In this document: positions 29,147 through 37,450 of the stretch, in pieces
How positions within the stretch are numbered: the first letter of the stretch is position 1
How the letters are laid out: each line of letters starts with the position of its first letter
Sequence record: PQ400055.1
Strand: one strand, 5' to 3'
Length of the DNA: 64,000 nucleotides
Source: a phage
The notes under the pieces: model-generated
Told to the model about the DNA's origin: nothing
What the model saw: only the letters and a program-made list of their open reading frames with translations
The model's database searches: none
Program-made: the position numbers and the translations under genes

Positions 29147-29521
29147 TTAAAAATCTTCTTCCGGTTTATATCGACCGTCATCGACTGGTTTTGGACTGAA
29201 TCCTTTATGCGTGCGCGGCTTCGCTTCCGGTTTACCAGCAATCATCAAACCAAAACATTTCAGCCCCTTATAACACATAACAATATCAACCACGGTCCAC
29301 GTTATAGGCCAGACGATTGCAGCAATACAAAATGCTCCTGTATCGACCTCTTTGGTGTCCTTGTCGAATCTGGCATACAAGCAGAATACTAGATACGAGA
29401 TCATTGCACCAGTAATCCAGATATAAAGTACATTAACAATATCTTGTGTTGTCAAATTGTCCTCCTTACATGTCTTGCAGTGCATAAAAGCATTTTTCTT
29501 CGTAGTCATAGAAAATGTCAA
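29147..29521 (-). CDS. predicted membrane protein
   Basis: Track start is a non-ATG codon (true start probably at internal M5 or M13); two hydrophobic segments. Confidence 0.45.
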   Translation of the reverse strand: MTFSMTTKKNAFMHCKTCKEDNLTTQDIVNVLYIWITGAMISYLVFCLYARFDKDTKEVDTGAFCIAAIVWPITWTVVDIVMCYKGLKCFGLMIAGKPEAKPRTHKGFSPKPVDDGRYKPEEDF

Positions 29522-29744
29522 AGTATGCTTTTTCTACATACTCGCCATTGATCCAAGCGGCAGTAACAATCAGAGTGGTCCAGGTAGATCCGCTCTCAAC
29601 GGTAAAGGTTTTAATACCCAGCTTCGCTGCCAAGTCGAACGCAAACCGGACGCAACCACGGCAGGAAGTGATATTGGAAGTTTTGATTTTAAAGCCACCG
29701 CGAGTTTTAGAAATTTCTACTTTAGCGAAAGACAGGTTGCTCAT
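29466..29744 (-). CDS. hypothetical protein
   Basis: Start at internal ATG (M20) directly after the conserved leader and AAGGAG. Confidence 0.45.
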   Translation of the reverse strand: MSNLSFAKVEISKTRGGFKIKTSNITSCRGCVRFAFDLAAKLGIKTFTVESGSTWTTLIVTAAWINGEYVEKAYFDIFYDYEEKCFYALQDM

Positions 29745-29786
29745 TTTGATTCTCCTTAAGAAAGTGTGTTTCGTTTTGATGTGTGT

Positions 29787-29815
29787 AGTATAGGGGATCA
29801 CCGATCCCCTGTCAA
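29787..29815 (-). promoter_or_regulatory. sigma70-type promoter (TTGACA-17-TATACT) with GATC palindrome spacer
   Basis: Spacer GGGGATCGGTGATCCCC (two GATC sites); conserved leader ACATCAAAACGAAACACACTTTCTTAAGGAG. Confidence 0.45.
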
Positions 29816-29831
29816 CAACTTTTTTATGATT

Positions 29832-30152
29832 TTAGTGAATTAACTCTACACCAAAATGAGGCACAGAGAACGCCTTACAAAACACATATTCATCATGTTT
29901 AGGAATCGCCCCTAACCGCTCTATTTCGCTCGCTAACACTATAAACTGTTTATCTGGTGCATATGCCTTGCGTGCTTCAACAACGCACGGAAAACGCGTT
30001 TTAGAGAGTTCTGGATAGTTTTCCGAATCCAACAGGACAATGAATACCCTGTTACATTGATTGTAGAATCCTGTTTTTGATTTCATCAAGTTTTCTTCTC
30101 TGTACAATTCGTGCAATCTTCCTTTCATGATTTCGTTGGTTCTTGTCTTCAC
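29832..30152 (-). CDS. hypothetical protein
   Basis: 106 aa ORF; overlaps next ORF so the start is probably internal. Confidence 0.4.
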   Translation of the reverse strand: MKTRTNEIMKGRLHELYREENLMKSKTGFYNQCNRVFIVLLDSENYPELSKTRFPCVVEARKAYAPDKQFIVLASEIERLGAIPKHDEYVFCKAFSVPHFGVELIH

Positions 30153-30369
30153 AGTTTACCCATTCAACAAGGTCTTTACCTAACTCGAAAGCCCATTCTC
30201 GGTCCTGCTTTACGTTTTGTAGGTATGGACTTTCTGACACTCTACGAAGTGATGTTGTCGTAACAAGAATGATCTCAGGAATGGTCGGATGTTCTTTTCC
30301 ATATACAATAGGACGCGAGTCACTATCAATACCTTGTAAGAAGGTGTATCCTGAATCACTTAGAATCAT
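30052..30369 (-). CDS. hypothetical protein
   Basis: 105 aa ORF. Confidence 0.4.
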   Translation of the reverse strand: MILSDSGYTFLQGIDSDSRPIVYGKEHPTIPEIILVTTTSLRRVSESPYLQNVKQDREWAFELGKDLVEWVNCEDKNQRNHERKIARIVQRRKLDEIKNRILQSM

Positions 30370-30388
30370 ATACTTTTCATTTCACACA

Positions 30389-30646
30389 TCACAGTTTCCT
30401 CAACCAGTTATTCAAGCGAGTAAACCATGATGCTTTTCGTGCTTCTTTTACTTTATGTGCACGTAAACCACTGAAACACCATTCATAATCATCACTGAAA
30501 CATGATTCAACAGGAACACCCGCATTTCGTAGTTCTCTGGTCTTTATCATGAATCCTTGACATAAGGGGCGACCTTCAACAATGATAGGAAGTTTAACTT
30601 TTTCCATGAAAGTATACCCAGCACGGTCAATAATTTCAATTTTCAT
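30389..30646 (-). CDS. hypothetical protein
   Basis: 85 aa ORF. Confidence 0.45.
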   Translation of the reverse strand: MKIEIIDRAGYTFMEKVKLPIIVEGRPLCQGFMIKTRELRNAGVPVESCFSDDYEWCFSGLRAHKVKEARKASWFTRLNNWLRKL

Positions 30647-30890
30647 TTACATTGTCTCCATAGATCTTTCCAGCAATATCAATTTCACCAGCGCGAACAT
30701 CTAGGATAAGATGCGGTAGGTGTATGCAGTTTTCCCACCCCACTCGCTTCATTTCTTCTACGGTAATATAAGCCCACCCGTTCGCTGTAATAAAGTCTAC
30801 TTCAACCTTGAGAGGAAAGCAAGACTTTTCTATGTCTTCGAATCCGATAATGTGTTTTGTCGTTGAATATGGAATATATCCGGTGATCAT
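30636..30890 (-). CDS. hypothetical protein
   Basis: 84 aa ORF. Confidence 0.45.
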   Translation of the reverse strand: MITGYIPYSTTKHIIGFEDIEKSCFPLKVEVDFITANGWAYITVEEMKRVGWENCIHLPHLILDVRAGEIDIAGKIYGDNVNEN

Positions 30891-31348
30891 TTTGTGATCT
30901 CCTTATACTCAACACACCATAAGCGGGTAGCCCATGATAAACACTCATAACGCTGGCAGAAATCGGACCATAGATATTGTGCACCGTTCGGCATAGTTGA
31001 AATATGCGTTTTCTCTCCAACTTTCACGAAAGAAGTATTCGATTTTGTGATCTCGACCGGAGTATATCCGAAAGCGGGTTCCAAGCCAACATCTGAACTA
31101 AATGCCAATTTAACAGAATTTGTTTTTCTGACCGCTGTCCGGTTTCCTTCTGGGTATAGTACAGCAGGTTTAGCGCCTAAGCGGATAAACTCAGTGTTTT
31201 TAATAAACAGAATATCATGATAACCGTCATATTCCGACACTTCCATAGTAACAGGAAAATCGACATGTGCTAAACCTGGTAGATCTCGCATATCATGAAA
31301 GGTCGCCATCAACTTTTTCATTCTATATTCCTCACTCTTCTGTTTCAT
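30887..31348 (-). CDS. hypothetical protein
   Basis: 153 aa ORF. Confidence 0.5.
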   Translation of the reverse strand: MKQKSEEYRMKKLMATFHDMRDLPGLAHVDFPVTMEVSEYDGYHDILFIKNTEFIRLGAKPAVLYPEGNRTAVRKTNSVKLAFSSDVGLEPAFGYTPVEITKSNTSFVKVGEKTHISTMPNGAQYLWSDFCQRYECLSWATRLWCVEYKEITK

Positions 31349-31568
31349 TTCTTTTATATGGTACTATAACAGGATTAATACAGCAAGCACCAATTACGTT
31401 ATGAGCACCACAATTTAAGCATTTATAATCATGGAACTTATTAAGGAATCGCCCGAACTCATAACCGACTAGCGCAGCATGTACTTGAGTCTCGATCTCA
31501 TCCATATCAGCCAATGTTTTAACCTTCATAATATAATCCTCAAATTGTAGTTTTGCGAAGATGGTCAT
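31332..31568 (-). CDS. hypothetical protein (CxxC pair)
   Basis: 78 aa; CLNCGAHNVIGACC. Confidence 0.4.
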   Translation of the reverse strand: MTIFAKLQFEDYIMKVKTLADMDEIETQVHAALVGYEFGRFLNKFHDYKCLNCGAHNVIGACCINPVIVPYKRNETEE

Positions 31569-31830
31569 TACATGCTTTTAATGCATCGGTCGCGGTGTCA
31601 TAGCGAGTATTATCATAGCACCAATAACCATCTGTCAACTGATAAATTAATCCATCCTTTTTAGCTTCGATGAAAGATAACTCTTTGAAAGTTTCTACTT
31701 TCTTTGCTGATAATCCACGGTCACGGCGTTTATAGAGTTTAGCTAAAATGCGTTCAGCTTGTTCCTCTTTATCGCCAGACAGATCCCAGATGATGTTTCT
31801 TATATGCTTGATTAATTGTTCAGTGGTCAT
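31540..31830 (-). CDS. hypothetical protein
   Basis: 96 aa ORF downstream of a promoter. Confidence 0.45.
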   Translation of the reverse strand: MTTEQLIKHIRNIIWDLSGDKEEQAERILAKLYKRRDRGLSAKKVETFKELSFIEAKKDGLIYQLTDGYWCYDNTRYDTATDALKACNDHLRKTTI

Positions 31831-31859
31831 CTTTGATTCTCCTTAGTTGGTATGCGTGC

Positions 31860-31887
31860 ATTATAGCATTGTGATTATCTTTGTCAA
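31860..31887 (-). promoter_or_regulatory. sigma70-type promoter (TTGACA-16-TATAAT)
   Basis: Exact hexamers; conserved leader and AGGAGAATCAAA. Confidence 0.5.
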
Positions 31888-31891
31888 CACC

Positions 31892-31925
31892 CAAAAACAA
31901 AAAAGGCTATCCCGAAGGATAGCCC
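31892..31925 (-). terminator. rho-independent terminator after glycine-rich gene
   Basis: GGCTATCC-ttcg-GGATAGCC hairpin plus T-run on the minus strand. Confidence 0.55.
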
Positions 31926-31931
31926 ATAAAA

Positions 31932-32717
31932 TTACACACGAGCGCCGTAGATCGTGCCTACTTTATCCCAGCGTGGGGCATTACCAGTAACAGCTTTACC
32001 CGCAGCACCACCCGAGTGAACAGTTACACCAGTACCACCTTTAATATATGAAGATTTGCCAGCAGCTCCCAAATCTCCACCATCTCCTCCATAATGAACC
32101 CCAGAAACAGTGCCTTTACCTGGGGCAGAAATTGTACCAGCAGATGCTGCCGCTGCGCCGCCTCCTGCCGCACCCGCAGCACCAAATGGACGGCCTCCAC
32201 CGCCGCCAAATTTCATATCCATTTGAGGGAAAGGATTGTATCTAGCACCAGCACCGCCACCACCGCCACCACCAATAATACCATTATTGTTTATTCTTAA
32301 ACGAGTTCCAATTCCGTTATTTATTGCATTTCCTCCTGCTCCACCAGCAGAGTTACTTCCGCCATTTCCTCCACGACCTAATACATGAACACCAGAGTTA
32401 ATAATGAGTGTTACATATTCGTTTGTCAGTGAGCTAGGGAAATCAAGACAAGGAACGCCAGTAGATTGGGAAACAATATTACCCGTGATAGTAATTACTA
32501 CCGGAGTAGATCCTTGTGCTTTCATCCAGTTAATAAGAGTGTCTTTATTGTAAGAGTTACTAGCACCAATGCTATAATGAATCTCTTTAGAGCGTCCGAC
32601 CATTGCCGACATATACGCCGGACGACCTAAGCGAACAGCTTGCATTGCGGCGCTCATCCACCGTTGACCAGTCTCGGACACAGCAGATGATCCTACCCAT
32701 CCAGAAGATATTGCCAT
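31932..32717 (-). CDS. glycine-rich protein (globular N-terminal domain plus Gly/Ala low-complexity region)
   Basis: 261 aa; ATG with GAGG upstream; GGGGGGGAGA, FGGGGGRPFGAAGAAGGGAAAA tracts; flanked by terminator hairpins on both sides. Confidence 0.55.
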   Translation of the reverse strand: MAISSGWVGSSAVSETGQRWMSAAMQAVRLGRPAYMSAMVGRSKEIHYSIGASNSYNKDTLINWMKAQGSTPVVITITGNIVSQSTGVPCLDFPSSLTNEYVTLIINSGVHVLGRGGNGGSNSAGGAGGNAINNGIGTRLRINNNGIIGGGGGGGAGARYNPFPQMDMKFGGGGGRPFGAAGAAGGGAAAASAGTISAPGKGTVSGVHYGGDGGDLGAAGKSSYIKGGTGVTVHSGGAAGKAVTGNAPRWDKVGTIYGARV

Positions 32718-32728
32718 AAAATTTCCTC

Positions 32729-32753
32729 ACAAGAAAAGCCCCAATTAAGGGGC
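32729..32753 (-). terminator. terminator-like hairpin
   Basis: GCCCC-ttaatt-GGGGC followed by TTTTCTT on the minus strand. Confidence 0.4.
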
Positions 32754-32771
32754 ATTGATTGATAATATTAC

Positions 32772-32993
32772 TTAGATGACCTCTGCTTCACCATTCAGGA
32801 AGAAAGACCATGTTTTGTTAGGATAGCGAAGCGCCCATGATTCAGCGGTTTTAACACCAGCTTCGAACAATTGACGGCTGGTTACTTTAGCCATACCATC
32901 TTCGATGGCAACGTTTTCAATAATCATCGGGTACTTAGCGCCACGCATGAAACCGAAGCCAGCGGAAGATTTGATAATTTTAACCGTTGCCAT
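32772..32993 (-). CDS. hypothetical protein
   Basis: 73 aa ORF downstream of a promoter. Confidence 0.45.
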   Translation of the reverse strand: MATVKIIKSSAGFGFMRGAKYPMIIENVAIEDGMAKVTSRQLFEAGVKTAESWALRYPNKTWSFFLNGEAEVI

Positions 32994-33034
32994 TTTTGAT
33001 TCTCCTAGAAAGTGTATCTCGTTTCGATGTGTGT

Positions 33035-33063
33035 ATTATGCAATAACACCGGATCGCTGTCAA
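33035..33063 (-). promoter_or_regulatory. sigma70-type promoter (TTGACA-17-CATAAT)
   Basis: Conserved leader ACACACATCGAAACGAGATACACTTTCTAGGAGAATCAAA. Confidence 0.45.
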
Positions 33064-33081
33064 CACTTTCTAAGAAAAATT

Positions 33082-33366
33082 TTAAATTAATCTAATATAG
33101 CCCAGAATTTCAGCACTTTTAGCCAGTCCTAAAACTTCCCATTCAAGGTCGCCGTAGTCATAATTTGCAACCATCAACTGACCATTTTTCATGCAGCATT
33201 CATGAGAGAAAATTTGCCCCGCATAAACTACGATAGTAATAAACTTTCCTGATTCTGGCGGTGTGGAAGACAAAGCGACCATATGACCATTCAGCTTAGT
33301 CACCAGTGATGGAACAATAAAATTCGGGCTTACCTGAATACCGTTAAATTCGTTTGTGTCTTTCAT
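33082..33366 (-). CDS. hypothetical protein
   Basis: 94 aa ORF. Confidence 0.45.
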   Translation of the reverse strand: MKDTNEFNGIQVSPNFIVPSLVTKLNGHMVALSSTPPESGKFITIVVYAGQIFSHECCMKNGQLMVANYDYGDLEWEVLGLAKSAEILGYIRLI

Positions 33367-33713
33367 GCCAGACCTCGCAAAACACTAATAGCATAATCAT
33401 GCTGGTTATTCATAATATCGATTGCATTGTGATAACGAGCTAAACCATCAAGGATAAATTCTTGTTTATCCTGTTTCAGTTTGGTATCACGCGCAGCCAT
33501 AAGAGCATCAAGAACAGGTCCAAAGTGATTATCTAATTCATCTTCGGTTGCAATGTTTCCTATTGCCTCGTCGATCCGTGATTCTAATGCTTGCTTTTCG
33601 TTGATCACTTGCTGGGTATATTCCAACACATCAAGAATATCGCGGGTAACGTCGCCATGATAAGGTATTCCCGCATGAAGATGATCAATTAGTCGTTGAA
33701 TGTCAATGTTCAT
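33363..33713 (-). CDS. hypothetical protein
   Basis: 116 aa ORF. Confidence 0.45.
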   Translation of the reverse strand: MNIDIQRLIDHLHAGIPYHGDVTRDILDVLEYTQQVINEKQALESRIDEAIGNIATEDELDNHFGPVLDALMAARDTKLKQDKQEFILDGLARYHNAIDIMNNQHDYAISVLRGLA

Positions 33714-34048
33714 TTGTAACCCTCCTCTGAAAGCACATCCCAGATCGTTGAGTCAAGGTGCATTAAATTCCACATAATAGAGTCATAACTACCGAAGCCA
33801 GAAGTAAAAATTACATCACACTGGCGATAGGTCTTATGAAAATCGGTGGCTGTCTCTGCATCAATAGGCATATCGTCACCGGAAAGCACCAGACATTTAA
33901 GAATCATAACTCTGTTAGCCGTTGGCGCTTGCTTAGTCTTTTCAGCATATTTTTCGATGATCCGTTTTGCCTTTTCTTCTTTGATACGTCCAGACCAAAT
34001 CCGGTTTCGGTATTGATTCATAATAATTTCAATCACATCATTTTGCAT
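33710..34048 (-). CDS. hypothetical protein
   Basis: 112 aa ORF. Confidence 0.45.
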   Translation of the reverse strand: MQNDVIEIIMNQYRNRIWSGRIKEEKAKRIIEKYAEKTKQAPTANRVMILKCLVLSGDDMPIDAETATDFHKTYRQCDVIFTSGFGSYDSIMWNLMHLDSTIWDVLSEEGYK

Positions 34049-34247
34049 TCTTCACGGTCTCCATAATTGTTTTGTAAGCCAGTTTAAGATGATCACCGAA
34101 AAACTTTGCGGTGTTACCCTTCGGATCGCGGAGCATGGTTTCTACGATCTCATCGGCAGTAACAATTTCTCCTTTCTTTGCTGCATGTTCTACCATATAC
34201 TTCAAAGTTTCTTCGGAAGCAAGTGCTGCCGCTACTGGATTAATCAT
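34038..34247 (-). CDS. hypothetical protein
   Basis: 69 aa ORF downstream of a promoter. Confidence 0.45.
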   Translation of the reverse strand: MINPVAAALASEETLKYMVEHAAKKGEIVTADEIVETMLRDPKGNTAKFFGDHLKLAYKTIMETVKNAK

Positions 34248-34277
34248 TTTTGATTCTCCTTTGTTGTCGATGTGTGC

Positions 34278-34306
34278 ATTATGCTATACCCTATTCCGGT
34301 TGTCAA
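34278..34306 (-). promoter_or_regulatory. sigma70-type promoter (TTGACA-17-CATAAT)
   Basis: Same architecture and leader as other copies. Confidence 0.45.
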
Positions 34307-34310
34307 CACC

Positions 34311-34342
34311 TAAAAACGAAAAAGCCACCCTTTCGGATGGCT
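34311..34342 (-). terminator. rho-independent terminator
   Basis: GCCATCC-gaaa-GGGTGGC hairpin plus TTTTTCGTTTTT on the minus strand. Confidence 0.5.
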
Positions 34343-34575
34343 TTTGATTATATTTTATTCACGTCCATTTGTATAGTAGTGTTTGAATCGACCTTTGCTA
34401 AACTAGTTAAACATAGTAACCAATTCACCATCCCTTTCCAATGATAACCCTTCCTCGTCTTAGACGGGTCTTCCGATTCGGCAGTAATTGAACACGCGAA
34501 AGTATGAGGAAGCCAAATAGTTGTGTTAATGCTAGTATTCTTTTACTTCTGGTATGCATCCCACGGTGACTAACA

Positions 34576-34974
34576 TTAAGACAGTCGAGTGAGTTTATAA
34601 ATTGTTTTAAAACATAGAGCTTTGATATCGTCTAAAACGCTCTGTAACGAGCTATCAACATCATTATAAATCTCACTAGCCATTTGCGTTAACTCTTGCA
34701 AATAGGCAATTTCGCTAATCTCCTTGCGGACGACCAACGTTGGCTGATAACGACCAGTGATCCCAATATTGGTTTCAGTGAAATCATCAACCAATTCTTG
34801 CATTTCAAGATAGAACTCTTCTAGAGCCTTATGTTTTGCATAAGATCCAGGACCAGTTACTCCAAAATGCGCAGAATGCATATAAGTAACACTCATCAGA
34901 CATTCACCGATAAAGCGGTCAACTTTATTAGCTTTCCCCTCTTCGGACGTCTTTCGAAAATCACTGAATTTCAT
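34576..34974 (-). CDS. ferritin/Dps-like four-helix-bundle protein (tentative)
   Basis: Start at internal ATG (M34); HSAHFGVTGPGSYAKHKALEEFY pattern resembles the Dps HWNxxGxxFxxxHE motif; assignment by memory only. Confidence 0.4.
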   Translation of the reverse strand: MKFSDFRKTSEEGKANKVDRFIGECLMSVTYMHSAHFGVTGPGSYAKHKALEEFYLEMQELVDDFTETNIGITGRYQPTLVVRKEISEIAYLQELTQMASEIYNDVDSSLQSVLDDIKALCFKTIYKLTRLS

Positions 34975-35263
34975 GTTCTCGATTCTCCATATTATGCAAC
35001 ATAACAAACTGTTGTGCGGCATATTCCCCCATAATAAAACACTGCTTAGAATCCATACATTTACTACGAGCATACATCTTCATAATATGGGCATGAAATT
35101 TCTGGCTGGTTTCAATGGAAGGAGATATTTTGTTTACATATACTATCATTGCACCGTCGAAATAATCAGTAAAATCACCAGTTGGATCATATTGATCAGC
35201 ACTGACACTTCCGACCGCAGTCAAGCATATTGCCGCTGTTAGAGTTTTACGAATAAATGACAT
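34961..35263 (-). CDS. secreted/periplasmic protein with signal peptide
   Basis: 100 aa; N-terminus MSFIRKTLTAAICLTAVGSVSA-DQ is a typical Sec signal peptide. Confidence 0.5.
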   Translation of the reverse strand: MSFIRKTLTAAICLTAVGSVSADQYDPTGDFTDYFDGAMIVYVNKISPSIETSQKFHAHIMKMYARSKCMDSKQCFIMGEYAAQQFVMLHNMENREHEIQ

Positions 35264-35331
35264 AAGTCATTCCCCCAGATTAAAAATATTCAGTTATATT
35301 TATAATCTGGGGCTTTATTTATGATTAACTC

Positions 35332-35928
35332 TTATTTGGTAGTACCGTCAATAAAATGTTTACGGCACACAGAGACATATTTATCCTCTGCACCAACTTC
35401 TATTTGAGCACCATCGCGAATAACATTACCCTCTTTATCTACACGAAGGACCATTGTTGCTTTCTTGCCACAATGACAAATACCCTTCATTTCGACCAGT
35501 TTATCAGCAAATGCCATTAATGCCGCAGATCCTTCAAATAGATTGCCCTGAAAGTCGGTGCGAAGGCCATAGCACAGTACAGGGATATTTGCATCATCGA
35601 CAAGCGCACACAAGCCTAAAACATGCTCTTTAGTCATAAATTGGGCTTCATCTACAAATACAGCATCAGGACGCCATCGATCCGGTCTACGCTTACCTAA
35701 CGATTCACGATAAACCAAATCGAAAAGATCATCCGATTTAGTGAAGGTGATCGCTGGAGCACTTAGACCAATTCGGGAAACAACTTCACTTTCTGAATCT
35801 CGATTATCAATCGCTGGCTTAAGAATTAATACTCGCATATCACGTTCGGTATAGTTATAAGCACTTTGTAACAGAGAAGTTGATTTGCCAGCGTTCATAG
35901 ATGCATAGTAGAAATATAGTTGCGCCAT
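35332..35928 (-). CDS. tk: thymidine kinase
   Basis: 198 aa; P-loop ASMNAGKST, VFVDEAQF, CYGLRTDF, zinc ribbon CHCGKKAT...VCRKH; T4 Tk-like. Confidence 0.9.
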   Translation of the reverse strand: MAQLYFYYASMNAGKSTSLLQSAYNYTERDMRVLILKPAIDNRDSESEVVSRIGLSAPAITFTKSDDLFDLVYRESLGKRRPDRWRPDAVFVDEAQFMTKEHVLGLCALVDDANIPVLCYGLRTDFQGNLFEGSAALMAFADKLVEMKGICHCGKKATMVLRVDKEGNVIRDGAQIEVGAEDKYVSVCRKHFIDGTTK

Positions 35929-36221
35929 TAATTAATCTCCAAAAATCCAGCAAGACCTAAACCGATATAAGTCCAGATACAAAGGAAAAAGAAGCAAACA
36001 CCCATAGCAAAGATAAATCCTCGTAGTGTCTTTGGATAACCTACCCAATATTCCCGACCATCTTCTAACCGGATCAGCTTATTTCCTTGAGAGTCCATAT
36101 CAATTACAACATGTTTATTTCTGGATTGTAACAGATATTGCTTGACAATCTCAATACCCGCCATAATAACAATAACGAAATTGAAAGTCCACATAACAAG
36201 GTTAATGGTAGTCTCAAGCAT
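35928..36221 (-). CDS. predicted membrane protein
   Basis: 97 aa; hydrophobic segments. Confidence 0.45.
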   Translation of the reverse strand: MLETTINLVMWTFNFVIVIMAGIEIVKQYLLQSRNKHVVIDMDSQGNKLIRLEDGREYWVGYPKTLRGFIFAMGVCFFFLCIWTYIGLGLAGFLEIN

Positions 36222-36456
36222 TTTCTATCACCTCCACCCAATCAGGCGTTTCCTGAAATACTCCTTCGCCTTCGTGGTGGATGCATCCTTTATTGCTACA
36301 ATACATCCACCAATCCCACATTCCCCACGGTAAACGCTGCATATCGTCGTTACAGCAAGTGAAGACAATAGGCAAACCACATCTAACACATCGGCAGTTT
36401 TCCTTCATGTGAGCGGTATTAGGCTTCTTCATAGATGACTCCAATATAATCGACAT
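36214..36456 (-). CDS. Cys-rich small protein
   Basis: 80 aa; CRCVRCGLPIVFTCCN ... CSNKGC. Confidence 0.4.
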   Translation of the reverse strand: MSIILESSMKKPNTAHMKENCRCVRCGLPIVFTCCNDDMQRLPWGMWDWWMYCSNKGCIHHEGEGVFQETPDWVEVIENA

Positions 36457-36659
36457 TTACATTTAGGGCAATGCGGTTCTTTAATATAATACCCGTCTGT
36501 CTTTGGAACACTAACAGGAGCGGTTTTTATATTGTATTCCGTGAAACAACGAAAACAAGTTACGTTTTCCACAGACTGACGTTTCACCCAATAACCGGAA
36601 TAGAGGTCATTTTTATTTGTCATATTCCACCACCACAATGTTAATGTCTGGAGTAGCAA
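36429..36659 (-). CDS. zinc-ribbon small protein
   Basis: 76 aa; CFRCF ... CPKCKC. Confidence 0.4.
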   Translation of the reverse strand: MLLQTLTLWWWNMTNKNDLYSGYWVKRQSVENVTCFRCFTEYNIKTAPVSVPKTDGYYIKEPHCPKCKCRLYWSHL

Positions 36660-37068
36660 TATTAATGATTTCTTCTACACATTCCCACTCAAGGCCACCG
36701 ATACCGCAACCGATTTTAGGGATATAGAAAGGCTGTATAGCACCTTCAAAAACATCATTGAGAGTCTCAAATCCTTTCAGGATAGCACCATATTCAGCAT
36801 TTGGACCCGGTCGGAATTGGGTATAGAGATTCACCCCGCACCAGTTATAACCATTAACTTGATGCGTCCAGACACTAAACCCACCCAACTTTTCTACCTT
36901 ACCGCGAGAAGTTTGCTTGTCAATCTCTAACGCTTGCGGGAACTCTTTCGCGATATCCGCAGCAATACCAGCGCCCATAGTATGAAAACAATTACAACCA
37001 TGAATTAAATGACCGTTTCCTTGTTTAAACAGGGCGATGAGATCGCCCTTTACAGTATCAATAATCAT
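36613..37068 (-). CDS. macro domain protein (ADP-ribose binding/processing)
   Basis: 151 aa; HGCNCFHTMGAGIAADIAKEF and IPKIGCGIGGLEW fit the macrodomain glycine-rich loops. Confidence 0.65.
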   Translation of the reverse strand: MIIDTVKGDLIALFKQGNGHLIHGCNCFHTMGAGIAADIAKEFPQALEIDKQTSRGKVEKLGGFSVWTHQVNGYNWCGVNLYTQFRPGPNAEYGAILKGFETLNDVFEGAIQPFYIPKIGCGIGGLEWECVEEIINIATPDINIVVVEYDK

Positions 37069-37083
37069 AATATAAACCTCTCA

Positions 37084-37443
37084 TTAGTCACGGGAAGACA
37101 ACCCAGCCATAAAACGGCTTAACAGTGTGTCGCGATAAGCAAAGCATAATTGCTTATCAGGGGCAGTATCACACAGGTTACGTTTTGTTTTAGCAAAGCT
37201 GGCAATACTCAGATCCCACGCTCGATTTTTTCGTTTTTCGTCTCGACCTTGTTTGTATGCCTCGTCAAGTTCAAGCGCGATAAAATCGCTACACATGTTA
37301 TCATCATCACAGAAGGTTTTAATGATCTTTTTGTTGATCTCAAATCCTTTGTATTCGAACTTTGGATAAGGGCGCTCATTACTAGCAAGCGCACCAGCCG
37401 AGAACATCATAGCAATCATAGCAACTATTGTCAACTTTTTCAT
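37084..37443 (-). CDS. periplasmic protein with signal peptide
   Basis: 119 aa; MKKLTIVAMIAMMFSAGALA-SN signal peptide; several Cys. Confidence 0.5.
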   Translation of the reverse strand: MKKLTIVAMIAMMFSAGALASNERPYPKFEYKGFEINKKIIKTFCDDDNMCSDFIALELDEAYKQGRDEKRKNRAWDLSIASFAKTKRNLCDTAPDKQLCFAYRDTLLSRFMAGLSSRD

Positions 37444-37450
37444 ATATTCC

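Noticed and set aside
29832-30369. Treating overlapping ORFs 29832..30152 and 30052..30369 as a single frameshifted pseudogene
   Set aside because: Neither has recognisable homology to indicate a disrupted longer gene; short overlaps with internal starts are common in this region.
34343-34575. tRNA genes in the longer non-coding gaps (34343..34575 and 45318..45466)
   Set aside because: No cloverleaf with a GTTCGAATC-type T-loop or matching acceptor stems was recognised by eye; proper tRNA and Rfam scans are needed, so these are reported only as candidate structured RNA.
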